Shown: one piece after another, positions 1 through 9,130 of the stretch
Numbering within the stretch: position 1 is the first letter of the stretch
Layout of the letters: each line of letters opens with the position of its first letter
NCBI GenBank assembly: GCA_964428315.1
Contig: CAYRXT010000012.1
Span: forward strand, 562-64,561
Reading direction: 5' to 3'
Origin: an uncultured Planctomycetales bacterium
Lineage (GTDB): Bacteria; Omnitrophota; Gorgyraeia; Zapsychrales; CAYRXT01
DNA length: 64,000 bases
Position numbers and translations under genes: made by a program
The notes under the pieces: model-generated
What the model was told of the DNA's origin: nothing
Database searches by the model: none
What the model saw: only the letters and a program-made list of their open reading frames with translations

Positions 1-580
1 CCCGGAGGACGGAGGCCTTGAAATTCAGGAACTCCGATCGCGGACGGTGGAGGGGGAGGGAACGAACGCTTCTTGAGATCTCCGGAAACCAGTTGGCCAA
101 AAGGGGGTAAGTGCCGTAAGTGTCGACCAGGCTTTTTGCGCTGTACTTGTCCCCGGTGCCGAAGTCACCGATGGCGATGTCAGGCCCCTGGAGTTCGATA
201 AAGGTCCCGAGGTTGTCGTAAAATTCTACGTCCTCATTGACGTAATCCAGGTCGCCGGGAAGCTGGACGATCCTCCCGACATCGGGGTAATTGTCGAGAA
301 CGTGGCCCCAGCCGGCCAGCCAGGTCTGACAGGTGTCGACGGACCATGTCTGCACGACCTCGAGCGAGGGGTACCGTTCATCCTTCAGGAAAGAAACGGC
401 CCCTCCGCGTATGATCGTGTCCCGGGGCACCACGACAACGGGACGGGGGTCGATCTGTTTGCACCGGTCTACCGTCCACCAGAAATACCATTCGCACTGC
501 TCGTTGTTCTCATAGCCGCGGTAGGGAAAGATGATGACCGGTTTCGACTTGCTGTTGTCAGGGGCGTGTCCTTTTGACAT
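1..580 (-). CDS. Hypothetical protein, 3' end truncated by the window edge. It lies directly downstream of the GPH transporter on the same strand and may be a glycoside-hydrolase-like partner. Function is not recognised.
   Basis: The reverse-strand ATG at 578-580 opens a frame (MSKGHAPDNSKSKPVIIFPYRGYENNEQCEWYFWW...) that runs off the window start with no stop. It begins 20 nt downstream of the transporter stop, so is likely co-operonic. It is absent from the ORF track only because no stop falls within the window. Confidence 0.4.
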   Translation of the reverse strand, partial: MSKGHAPDNSKSKPVIIFPYRGYENNEQCEWYFWWTVDRCKQIDPRPVVVVPRDTIIRGGAVSFLKDERYPSLEVVQTWSVDTCQTWLAGWGHVLDNYPDVGRIVQLPGDLDYVNEDVEFYDNLGTFIELQGPDIAIGDFGTGDKYSAKSLVDTYGTYPLLANWFPEISRSVRSLPLHRPRSEFLNFKASVLR

Positions 581-599
581 GATGACTCTCAGTTCCCGG

Positions 600-2078
600 T
601 TACGCTTTTCCCCGTCGTTCCTCGAGCTGGCGGCGGATATCGTAGGCCTTGTCTTCCGTGAGGGTGATGGTCATGACGATGAAAAGCGCGGCGATGGACG
701 TCACGATGGGGATGCAGACATCGAAGATCCTCATCCACAGGAGCGTTTCGTTGGCCTGTCCCAGTCCGATTTCCTGCCTGAACCCGGTCCCGGTCAGGAG
801 CGCGCCCCCGATGAAGGAGGCGAGCGCCAGCCCCAGCTTGACCATCCACCAGTAGACCGCGCTGAACACCCCTTCGCGTCGCTCTCCGGTTTGAAGCTCG
901 TCGAGGTCGCAGACGTCGGCGACCATGGACAGACAGAGCGTAAAAAGAGATCCGAGTCCGAAGACAATGAAAGGCGCGCACATCAGCAGCAGGTAGGGCG
1001 TTTCCTGGTTGTAGCCGATCCATTTCATGGCGTAGCCGACGACCGAAATGGGTATCGTGATAAAAAAGGTGTTCCTCTTGCCGAGCTTTCCGGATATCCA
1101 CGGGATCAGGGCTATGACACCCACGGTGCAGACCGCGCTGAAGGTCCCGTACCATCCCAGGAGCTGGCCGCCCTGGGAATACGCCGAATCGAGGGTGGGG
1201 GCATGCTGGAAGACGTAGAAGAATATGACATACGCGATAAAGGTGGAGCTGAGCATGAAGCCGTTAAAGATGAGGAACGTGATCGCGCAGAGCTTGACGA
1301 ATTCCTTGTTCTTGAAGGTTATGCCGATGCCCCTGAACATATTGGCGATGACGTCCAGGAAGCTTTTCCCTTTCACGGGTTTGGGAAATTTGTCGAAGTG
1401 CTCCTTGTTATAGATGCCGGGGAGGATTCCCCCCAGGAGGACAACGGCCCCGATAATGACGGCCAGCACGCGCCCTCCCAGCACGATATCCGGCCCCCCG
1501 GTCTCGGGGTCGGGGAACCAGTTTTTGTTGTGCATGATCGCCCAGCACCAGGGCGCGACCAGCCAGGGGATCTGGGCGAATATCTTGCTGACGCTCTGCA
1601 GGCGGGTCCGTTCATGGTAGTCGGGGGTGAGCTCATACCCCAGCGCGATCCAGGGGATGGAATAACACGTGAACGCGGCGAAAAAGAGGATCTGGAAGAT
1701 CAGGAAATACCAGAAATAATACACCTCGCTGTGCCCCCGGTACAGCTGAAACATCAACGCGTAGCAGATGCCCGCCGCGATCGCGCCGAAGAATATGAAC
1801 GGCCTGCGGCGACCGTATCTCGTGCGCGCGTTATCCGAACTGTAACCGATTATGGGATCCAGGACAGCGTCGAAGATGCGCGGGATGCATCCGATAACCC
1901 CGACGAGAAATGGATTCACCCCCAGGCCGAGGTTCAGGACGATGATCATCTGTCCGATAAAAGCGGCCTGGCTGTCGTTGGCCAGGGAACCCATCCCGTA
2001 TATGAACTTCTGAAAGAGGGGGATGCGGTCCTCCGGTGCGGTAACGTGGCGGGTTGACGGGGTTTGAGACTGAGCCAT
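600..2078 (-). CDS. MFS transporter of the GPH (glycoside-pentoside-hexuronide) cation symporter family, MelB/YihO-like
   Basis: 492 aa with 12 predicted TM helices. The N-terminal segment (PLFQKFIYGMGSLANDSQAAFIGQM..DPIIGYSSDNARTRYGRRRPFIFFGAI) is typical of GPH symporters. Antisense ORFs 531-2057 and 589-1155 are judged spurious. Confidence 0.85.
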   Translation of the reverse strand: MAQSQTPSTRHVTAPEDRIPLFQKFIYGMGSLANDSQAAFIGQMIIVLNLGLGVNPFLVGVIGCIPRIFDAVLDPIIGYSSDNARTRYGRRRPFIFFGAIAAGICYALMFQLYRGHSEVYYFWYFLIFQILFFAAFTCYSIPWIALGYELTPDYHERTRLQSVSKIFAQIPWLVAPWCWAIMHNKNWFPDPETGGPDIVLGGRVLAVIIGAVVLLGGILPGIYNKEHFDKFPKPVKGKSFLDVIANMFRGIGITFKNKEFVKLCAITFLIFNGFMLSSTFIAYVIFFYVFQHAPTLDSAYSQGGQLLGWYGTFSAVCTVGVIALIPWISGKLGKRNTFFITIPISVVGYAMKWIGYNQETPYLLLMCAPFIVFGLGSLFTLCLSMVADVCDLDELQTGERREGVFSAVYWWMVKLGLALASFIGGALLTGTGFRQEIGLGQANETLLWMRIFDVCIPIVTSIAALFIVMTITLTEDKAYDIRRQLEERRGKA

Positions 2079-2334
2079 TGAGACCTCCGTTTAAATGAGT
2101 TCAAGAAACATAAAATTAAAGCGGCGCAATAAGTTGCAGCGGAATCGGGACCCGGTGCGCTGTCCCGATCAGAATGAGGATGGCAGGTGCCGGCAACGCC
2201 CGATTTTTTCCAGCAGCGCCGCATTATAACAAAAAAATAAGTCATAAACAATATTATTTCGAAAACAACTCACGTATAATTATAGAATAATTCGGAGAAA
2301 CCTTATTAATTATGCAACTTTCTGCCCCCCGCAA

Positions 2335-2943
2335 ATGTCTAATATAAATGAAGACGCCATCAAAGACGATATGCGCCGCGTGAACAGGGACATCCCCGAA
2401 GACATCATCCGCCGGGCGCAGGCCGGCGATGTTCGCGCCTTCGAGGAGGTTTACCGCCGTTACGGCAGGGACGTTTACGCGATCAGCCTGAGGATCCTGG
2501 CGAACACCTCCGACGCGCAGGACGTGACACAAGACGTGTTCGTGACGCTTTTTCGCAAATTGAAGGATTTCCGGTTCAAGGCGGCGCTTAGGACATGGAT
2601 CTACCGCGTCGCAATCAATGCCGCGCTTAATTGCCGGAAAAAGCGGGCGAGGACCGCCGGCCGCCAGGTCAACCTGGAAGATTACCCCGCGGCGGGCGCG
2701 GGCGCGCCCGAGGCGCAAAACCAGGCGGACAATGAGGCTCGCATGCGCCTTGCCGCCGCGCTCATGGACAGGCTTAACCCCGGACAAAAGGCCTGCCTTG
2801 TCCTGCGCAGTATTGAAGGGATGAGTTACCGGGAAATCGCCCAGACGCTCAATATCGGCATCAACACGGTGCGCTCCCGGATCCGGCGGGCGCGCCTGAC
2901 CCTGCTGGCCTTAAGACATGAGGAGACGGAAGGTGAACTGTAG
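2335..2943 (+). CDS. ECF (extracytoplasmic function) sigma-70 family RNA polymerase sigma factor
   Basis: 202 aa. Region 2 (FEEVYRRYGRDVYAISLRIL..AQDVTQDVFV) and region 4 HTH (EGMSYREIAQTLNIGINTVRSRIRRAR) are both present. The cognate anti-sigma gene overlaps its end. Confidence 0.9.
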   Translation: MSNINEDAIKDDMRRVNRDIPEDIIRRAQAGDVRAFEEVYRRYGRDVYAISLRILANTSDAQDVTQDVFVTLFRKLKDFRFKAALRTWIYRVAINAALNCRKKRARTAGRQVNLEDYPAAGAGAPEAQNQADNEARMRLAAALMDRLNPGQKACLVLRSIEGMSYREIAQTLNIGINTVRSRIRRARLTLLALRHEETEGEL

Positions 2944-3424
2944 AAAGGCACGGAATATAATATTGACAGATTATATCGACGGCGCGCTCTCCAAAAAAGA
3001 CGATGATGCCCTTGAGTCGCATCTGTCCGCGTGCGAAAAATGCCGTGTCCTGGCCGCGGAAGCCCGGCGGACGCTCCGAGATCCGTTTCCGGAAGCGTAT
3101 AACCCCGTACCGCCGGAGGCCATCTGGCGGAACATCGAAAGACAGATCATCGCGGAGCCGCGTGCCGCCTTCCGGCGCCAAGGTATACCGGTATGGGACC
3201 GGCTGGCCGGTCTTCGTCTGCCGTCCGTGTACCGTTGGGCACTGGCATCCGCCCTGGCGTTTTTGGTTGCCTTGACCGTTTTTCACCGGCCGGCACCGCG
3301 GCAGACGGCAGACGTAGAAGAGATGGACAAGGAGATTTCATACATCGCCTATATGCTGGATGAGGCCGCGCCGGAAGAATCCACCGAGGGTTACGGGACG
3401 GTCATTGAAGAATATTTCCTTTAG
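2918..3424 (+). CDS. Membrane-anchored anti-sigma factor with N-terminal zinc-binding ZAS motif
   Basis: Overlaps the sigma factor stop. The HLSACEKC (H-x3-C-x2-C) zinc-binding anti-sigma signature is followed by a single TM helix (WALASALAFLVALTVF) and a periplasmic tail. Start could be the GTG at ~2930 instead of the ATG at 2918. Confidence 0.7.
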   Translation: MRRRKVNCRKARNIILTDYIDGALSKKDDDALESHLSACEKCRVLAAEARRTLRDPFPEAYNPVPPEAIWRNIERQIIAEPRAAFRRQGIPVWDRLAGLRLPSVYRWALASALAFLVALTVFHRPAPRQTADVEEMDKEISYIAYMLDEAAPEESTEGYGTVIEEYFL

Positions 3425-3485
3425 GGGCGGACGCGGCCCTGGGAGAAACGGCCTGAATCAAGTGACGAAACAAAAGGAGGCCCTC

Positions 3486-3962
3486 ATGAAAAGAAAAATC
3501 GTGATTCTGTGTGTTCTGTCTGGATTCGCGGGACTGACCCTATTGACGGCCCCGGCCGGCGCCGGTGAATGGATGACCCGGGACCGGAAGGCCCGGTGGG
3601 AAAAGAAGAGGAGCGCCCTCTACGCCGAAATCGGTCTTAGCCCGGAACAGGAGTCCGCGCTTAAGGAGAACCGCAGGACCTATCTAGCCGAGATGAAGAA
3701 GATCTACGCCGGGATAAAGGACAAAAGAGAAGCCGTGCGACGTGAATTGCGTAAACCCGAACTGGACCTGCAGCGCGTCAGGCAGCTGCACGGTGAGTTC
3801 AAGGAGCTCAAGGCGCAGAAGGATGACCGCCGCCTGGAAGGGATCCTGGAGGTCCGCGGCATCCTGACGGCCGAACAGTTTTCCCGTTTTCTGGACATGA
3901 AGGACAGGGCCAAAGAGGGGAGACAACAGAAACGATACGACCGAAAAGGAGGCGTACAATGA
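3486..3962 (+). CDS. Periplasmic LTXXQ-motif protein (Spy/CpxP/CnrX Metal_resist family)
   Basis: Strong RBS AAGGAGG 5 nt before ATG 3486. The ORF-track start at 3360 is an N-terminal over-extension. Has a signal peptide (MKRKIVILCVLSGFAGLTLLTAPAGA). Helical, K/E-rich body with LSPEQESALKE and LTAEQFSRFLD (LTXXQ-like) motifs. Confidence 0.65.
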   Translation: MKRKIVILCVLSGFAGLTLLTAPAGAGEWMTRDRKARWEKKRSALYAEIGLSPEQESALKENRRTYLAEMKKIYAGIKDKREAVRRELRKPELDLQRVRQLHGEFKELKAQKDDRRLEGILEVRGILTAEQFSRFLDMKDRAKEGRQQKRYDRKGGVQ

Positions 3963-4450
3963 GGAGATTCTCGCTTATTCTTTTTTTGTCGGCCGCGATA
4001 TGCGCGCTGACGGTGAACACGGCCTCGGCCAGGGATTGGGGAAGACAAGGCAAAGCACACGGCCTATCACTCGAGCACAAGGTCTACAAGAAAGTCATGA
4101 TGATCAAGCATAGACAGGACGAACTGAAATTTTCCGATGAGGACGTCCAGAAGGCGTATGACCTGAAGACCGCGCTTAAGAAGGACCTCATCAAACTCGA
4201 GACCGATCTGGACATTGTGGCGCTGGACATCGACAAGGCCATGAGGGCCAAGACCCCTGACGCGCAGGCCATCAGCAAATTGATCGACGAAAAGTATGAG
4301 ATCAAGAAAAAGAAGGCCAAGCGCGCCCTGGAGGCCTACATTGCCGTGAAGGCCATGTTCAGCGAAGAGCAGAGGGCGAAGCTCAGGAGCCTCTACAAGC
4401 AAAAGAAGTTCGGGAATAAAGCCCCGGGCCGGCGTTCATCAGGAAAATGA
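3959..4450 (+). CDS. Second periplasmic LTXXQ-like protein, a paralogue of the upstream gene
   Basis: ATGA start/stop overlap with the upstream gene, and an RBS AAAAGGAGG. Signal peptide, helical K/E-rich body, and motifs FSDEDVQKA and FSEEQRAKL. Confidence 0.55.
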   Translation: MRRFSLILFLSAAICALTVNTASARDWGRQGKAHGLSLEHKVYKKVMMIKHRQDELKFSDEDVQKAYDLKTALKKDLIKLETDLDIVALDIDKAMRAKTPDAQAISKLIDEKYEIKKKKAKRALEAYIAVKAMFSEEQRAKLRSLYKQKKFGNKAPGRRSSGK

Positions 4451-4459
4451 CAGTATTAA

Positions 4460-4519
4460 GGGGCAGACGTTTTTATGCTGATAATTTCACGCAAAATACA
4501 TGTAAAAGACGTCTGCCCC
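4460..4519 (+). terminator. Stem-loop between the chaperone-like genes and the RND gene: 11-bp perfect stem (GGGGCAGACGT/ACGTCTGCCCC) with a 38-nt AT-rich loop. Candidate attenuator or partial terminator.
   Basis: Perfect inverted repeat read directly in the sequence. No U-tract follows, so a regulatory or processing role is as likely as termination. Confidence 0.4.
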
Positions 4520-4536
4520 TGATATTATAAAGAATT

Positions 4537-7500
4537 ATGCTCACGAAGATCATCGCCTATTTTGTCGACAGGCACCTGTTGACCAACCTCATCTTCATCG
4601 CCGTCATCGTCGGGGGGATCGTCAGCTGGCGGCACATTAAAAAAGAAGAGATGCCCGACGTCACCTTCGACCGGGTGCGCATCTCCGCCGCCTATCCCGG
4701 GGCCACGGCCGAAGAGGTCGAGCACTTTGTGACGAAGGAGATCGAAGAGTCCGTCGAGGGCCTCGACGGGGTTTACCGGGTGACCAGCAGCGCGAGCCAG
4801 GGGGCGACCTCCGTTACCGTCGAGCTGGAACAGGGGTACCCCAGGAGAGACGAGGCCATCACCGAGATCCGCAACGCCGTTCTGGACGTGGCCCTGCCCG
4901 AAGACGTCCGTGATGACCCCTCGGTGCGGGTCTTCGAGACCTCCAAAAAGGCCATCCTTGATGTGGTCCTGCTGTACAAAGACGCCCACCTGATGTCCAC
5001 CGAGCAACGCCAGGTCCTTCAGACTTACGCGGCCGCCCTGGAAAACCATCTCCTGAACCTGCCGCAGGTCAACAGCGTCAACCGCTCCGGTTATTTTCAG
5101 GAAGAGATCCAGATCAAGGTGGATCCCCAGAAGCTGATCCGCTACGACATCCCCCTAAGCCAGGTCAGAAACGAGGTCACCGCCAACCATGCCCGCCAGC
5201 CCGCCGGGCACATCGAGGTCAAAGACGAACCGAAGGTCACCATCAGCGCACAGCTGGATACGCCGGAGAAGCTTGAAGGGCTCTTCATCCAGGCCGGTTT
5301 CGAGGGCAAGGCGGTCCCCTTGAAGGAGATCGCCGAGGTGCGTTACGGTTTCAACAAGGAGAAAGAGATCATCAAGGTCAACGGCCACGAGGCGGTGATC
5401 TTTAACGTGGTCAAGAACACCTCCTACGGGATCCTTGAGTCGCTCGAGGCGGTCAAGAAAGTCACGCGGCGTTTCCGGGAGACCCATCTGAAGGACGCTC
5501 CCGTCGATCTCGCGCTTCTGGACGATGAATCCATCGACGTGCGTAACCGCCTTAACATTATTTCTCAGAACGGTCTTATCGGTTTTTTTCTGATCCTGGC
5601 CCTGCTGTTCCTGTTTCTGAACAGACGTTCGGGTTTTTGGGTGGCGATGGGGATCCCGTTCACTGTCTGTTTTACGCTGATCATGGCCGTGATCCTTGGA
5701 TACACCATCAACAACACGACGCTGGCGGCGGTGATCATCGTTATGGGGATGGTCGTGGACGACGCCATTGTGGTCGCCGAAAACATCGCGCGTCTGCGCG
5801 CCGGGGGCATGCCGTCGCGCGAGGCCGCGATCGAGGGCACGGCCAAGGTCTTCCTGCCGGTTGTGGCCAGCATCGTCACGACCTGCGTCGCGTTTATCCC
5901 GCTGTTTTATTTTTCCGGACGTTTCGGGCAGATCAACAGCTTTATCCCGCCCATCATCTTCATGATGCTCGGCGCGAGCCTTTTCGAATCTCTGATCATC
6001 CTTCCCGGGCACCTTCATTTTGAGGGCTTTAGTTTCAAAAAACGGAATACCCCGGCCGGCATGGCCAACCCCGCGGTCAAACACTGGTTTGATGCCGTCG
6101 AGGACAGGTACGGACGGATTTTACAAAAAGTTCTGCCTTTGAAACATTTTGTGTTTTTGGGTTTTATTTTTCTGCTGGCCCTGTCTTTCTGGATCATGAC
6201 TGCGAGGATGAAGTTCGTCATGTTCCCCCATGAGGAGACAAGGGACATCGTGATCTCCGGCAAGGCCGGACCTCAGGCCGACCGGTTTGAAACCGCGGCT
6301 ATGACTCAACAGATTGAAGAGATGCTCAGGCCGTATTTGGGCAAAGAGGTCGTGGGCTACCGCACACAAATCGCGCGCAGCCGCCGGGGCGGGGCCGTCG
6401 AGGAGAACAAGTTCCGCATGCTCGTCGAGATCGTGCCCAGGGAAAAACGGCAAAAGAGCGCGGACCAGCTGGTCAGGCGGTGGGAGCCGCAGGCGCAGGC
6501 GATCGAAGGCATGACGGAGCTTGTCGTGCAGAAAAGCCGGTGGGGCCATTCCAGCGGCAGTCCGATCGAGGTCCTGATCCAGGAGAACAATGACGCCCTG
6601 CGCGCGAGGGCCGCCGATAGTCTTTCCGAGGCGATGAAGAGGCATCCCGCCCTGGAGAACGTGGAGATCGAGGCCCCGATCCGGATCCCGGAATACAAGA
6701 TCGATTTCAGGCGCGAGAAGATCAAGCGGCTTTCCATCAGCCCGTCGACCCTGACATCGACCTTCCGCAGCGCGCTGGAAGGCTCGATCCTTTACGAATT
6801 CCCCAGGGGCGATGAGGAGGTGGACGTGCGGCTTTCGGCGAAAGATGAATCCAAGACGGACATCGGGACCATCCTTCAGATCCCGGTCGAGAATAACCGC
6901 GGATACCTTGTGCCGCTGGGGGATCTCGTCAATGTTCAGGAAACCACGACGCCCAACTCGATTTCACGGCGGGACGGCAAACGGACGACCACCGTTTACG
7001 CCGACATCAGACCGAAGGCGGGGATGACGCCGCTTGAAGTGGCCGAAGACCTGGAGCAAACAGCCTTTGTCGAAATGGCCAACGAACAGCCGACCTCGAC
7101 GCTGTCCTTCGCCGGCGAGATTTACGATACGCGGGAGTCCCAGGGAGATTTCAGCAACGCGGTTATCCTTGTCCTCCTTTTGATCTTCGCGATCCTGGCG
7201 GTCCTGTACAATTCCCTGACCCGGCCGCTGATCATCATGCTGGCGATCCCCTTCGGCGTGGTAGGCGTGATACTGGCCTTTTTACTTCACGGAAAGATCC
7301 TTTACGGGTTCTTCGCCGCGGTCGGCGCCCTTGGTCTGGCGGGGGTGGTCATCAACGATTCGATCATCATGCTCGCCAAACTCGACGAAGAGGTGTATGC
7401 CAAAAACAGGGAGGAGGCCCGCGGGCAGATCCCGGACGTCGCCAAGACGCGTCTTCGCGCCGTGGTCCTGACCACAGTGACCACTGTCGCCGGCGTTTTT

Positions 7501-7665
7501 CCGACGGCGTACGGCCTGGCGGGCTATGACGCCATGCTGGCGGAGATGATGCTGGCCCTGGGATGGGGACTCATATTCGGAACGCTCATCACCCTGGTCC
7601 TGGTCCCGTGCATGTACAGCGCGATCCTGGACATGCGTTTTAAAATGGAGAAGGCATTGACATGA
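4537..7665 (+). CDS. RND efflux transporter permease subunit, HAE1 (AcrB/AcrD/AcrF) type
   Basis: 1042 aa with 12 TM helices and two large periplasmic loops. The TM4 motif MGMVVDDAIVVAENI matches the AcrB-type DDAIVV proton-relay motif, not the HME DFG-D-E motif. The N-terminus is AcrB-like. Confidence 0.9.
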   Translation: MLTKIIAYFVDRHLLTNLIFIAVIVGGIVSWRHIKKEEMPDVTFDRVRISAAYPGATAEEVEHFVTKEIEESVEGLDGVYRVTSSASQGATSVTVELEQGYPRRDEAITEIRNAVLDVALPEDVRDDPSVRVFETSKKAILDVVLLYKDAHLMSTEQRQVLQTYAAALENHLLNLPQVNSVNRSGYFQEEIQIKVDPQKLIRYDIPLSQVRNEVTANHARQPAGHIEVKDEPKVTISAQLDTPEKLEGLFIQAGFEGKAVPLKEIAEVRYGFNKEKEIIKVNGHEAVIFNVVKNTSYGILESLEAVKKVTRRFRETHLKDAPVDLALLDDESIDVRNRLNIISQNGLIGFFLILALLFLFLNRRSGFWVAMGIPFTVCFTLIMAVILGYTINNTTLAAVIIVMGMVVDDAIVVAENIARLRAGGMPSREAAIEGTAKVFLPVVASIVTTCVAFIPLFYFSGRFGQINSFIPPIIFMMLGASLFESLIILPGHLHFEGFSFKKRNTPAGMANPAVKHWFDAVEDRYGRILQKVLPLKHFVFLGFIFLLALSFWIMTARMKFVMFPHEETRDIVISGKAGPQADRFETAAMTQQIEEMLRPYLGKEVVGYRTQIARSRRGGAVEENKFRMLVEIVPREKRQKSADQLVRRWEPQAQAIEGMTELVVQKSRWGHSSGSPIEVLIQENNDALRARAADSLSEAMKRHPALENVEIEAPIRIPEYKIDFRREKIKRLSISPSTLTSTFRSALEGSILYEFPRGDEEVDVRLSAKDESKTDIGTILQIPVENNRGYLVPLGDLVNVQETTTPNSISRRDGKRTTTVYADIRPKAGMTPLEVAEDLEQTAFVEMANEQPTSTLSFAGEIYDTRESQGDFSNAVILVLLLIFAILAVLYNSLTRPLIIMLAIPFGVVGVILAFLLHGKILYGFFAAVGALGLAGVVINDSIIMLAKLDEEVYAKNREEARGQIPDVAKTRLRAVVLTTVTTVAGVFPTAYGLAGYDAMLAEMMLALGWGLIFGTLITLVLVPCMYSAILDMRFKMEKALT

Positions 7666-9116
7666 AAAGGCTCCGATTGAGAATCCGACCGCTTGTTCTT
7701 TTGCTGACACTGGGACTGCTGGCGGGAGGCGGCGGTCAGGCCGCCGACGGCCCGCTTCCGGGACAGGAAGGCACGCCTGCGGTTAAACCTGAACCCGCAG
7801 AAGATCAGGACAACGTCCTGGGGCTTGACGAATTTATTGTGCTGGCCACGGGCAGGGACACGGAGTTTGAGGAGATCCTGATCGACGAGCTGACCCTGCA
7901 GTACCAAAAGGCCCTGCTCCTCCCGGCCGGGGATATCGTGCTTTCGGTCAAACACCAGCATGAATTTTTTCTCAGCCAGGACCGTGATTCGCCCGACACG
8001 ACAGTCTCGTTAAGCAAACTCTTTCCCTTTACGGGCACGGAGATCGGCGTGGACTATGAGGCCGGGGCCGGTGTCTCATCGGCGTCGATTTCATCGAGCG
8101 CCGGCTTTTCCATCAGCCAGCCGGTCGCCCGGAACGCCTTCGGCCGCTCCACGCGCCTGCTCGACAAGATCATCGGGCTGGAGGTGGAGGTCGCGCGCCA
8201 CCAGGTCATCGAGGCCTATGAGGATTACATGGCCGTGATCCTGACGGCCTACTATAACTGGTATGAAGACTACGAGAGCCTCAAGGTCGGCAGGTCCGCC
8301 TACCGGTCGAATGTTCAGCTTTTGGACAACATGTTCGAGCGACAGAGGCAGAAGATCGCCCTGCCCGTCGACGTCAACAAAGTCAGACTGCAGGTCCTTG
8401 CCAAGCAAGAGCGGCTCATCGAACTTGAGGAACAATATCAGAACAGCCTCAATGTCATCGAACGCATCATCCGCTACGAGGGAGATCCTCCTCTGGCGCC
8501 CGCCGTCCCCCGGGCGATGGGTTCACGGGAAGAGGGCTTCGGACCGGCGTTCGAGGCCTTCCGCGAAGAGAGCCGCACGTTCGACATCCTGGGCCGGCTG
8601 GAGGAGCGGTCTTCTCTCCAGGTCGAACGGGACGCCGACGCGCTCCTGCCCTCCATCAATCTGCTGGCCGGTTACGAACTCAGCGGGGAGGAATACGGCG
8701 TCACCGGTGAAGAAGACTTTGTTTACGCCGGGGTGGAGGTGGACTGGCCGCTTCCCGACCGGGTCGACCGCGCCCGGTTCGAGACTTCAAAGATACTAGA
8801 GCGCCGCACGCGGCTTTCCACGGTCAATACGTACCACCGTCTTTACACGCAGCTGCGCAACCTCTACCTCCAGATGGAGCGCGAGGAAAAGCTTATCCGG
8901 ATCGCCGATGAACGCATCGCGCTGGCGGAATCGGTGCTCGAAGACGAGGCGGAAAATTATTCCTTCGGCAAGATCACGTTGAACGACTACATCCAGGCCG
9001 TCAACGCGCTGGATACCAACCGGTTCAACAAGATCACCCACGAATCCCTCCACAAAAAGCTCCTCGTCGAATGGCTGAGGCTCACCGACCGGCTGGTCCG
9101 TGACGCGGATAGATAG
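7662..9116 (+). CDS. Outer membrane efflux protein (TolC/OprM-like OMF)
   Basis: ATGA-coupled to the RND gene. Has a signal peptide and repeated coiled-coil OEP-like halves (LSKLFPFTGTEIGVDYEAG...; LLAGYELSGEE..VYAGVEVDWPL). 484 aa. Confidence 0.8.
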   Translation: MKRLRLRIRPLVLLLTLGLLAGGGGQAADGPLPGQEGTPAVKPEPAEDQDNVLGLDEFIVLATGRDTEFEEILIDELTLQYQKALLLPAGDIVLSVKHQHEFFLSQDRDSPDTTVSLSKLFPFTGTEIGVDYEAGAGVSSASISSSAGFSISQPVARNAFGRSTRLLDKIIGLEVEVARHQVIEAYEDYMAVILTAYYNWYEDYESLKVGRSAYRSNVQLLDNMFERQRQKIALPVDVNKVRLQVLAKQERLIELEEQYQNSLNVIERIIRYEGDPPLAPAVPRAMGSREEGFGPAFEAFREESRTFDILGRLEERSSLQVERDADALLPSINLLAGYELSGEEYGVTGEEDFVYAGVEVDWPLPDRVDRARFETSKILERRTRLSTVNTYHRLYTQLRNLYLQMEREEKLIRIADERIALAESVLEDEAENYSFGKITLNDYIQAVNALDTNRFNKITHESLHKKLLVEWLRLTDRLVRDADR

Positions 9117-9130
9117 AAACAGGGCCAGCC

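Noticed and set aside
531-2057. 508-aa + strand ORF, and the 188-aa ORF at 589-1155 on the - strand, overlapping the GPH transporter
   Set aside because: It is antisense and out of frame to a clearly recognisable transporter gene. Its composition is dominated by Asp/Gly/Arg/Glu, typical of spurious frames in high-GC DNA.
2079-2334. ECF-type autoregulatory promoter upstream of the sigma factor gene
   Set aside because: The region is AT-rich and clearly a divergent promoter region. The only candidate, GAAACC-N17-TTTCT, is too weak to call without a known consensus for this sigma factor.
5155-6084. 309-aa minus-strand ORF inside the RND gene
   Set aside because: It is embedded antisense in a high-confidence RND coding region. 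It shows low-complexity D/R/G-rich translation.
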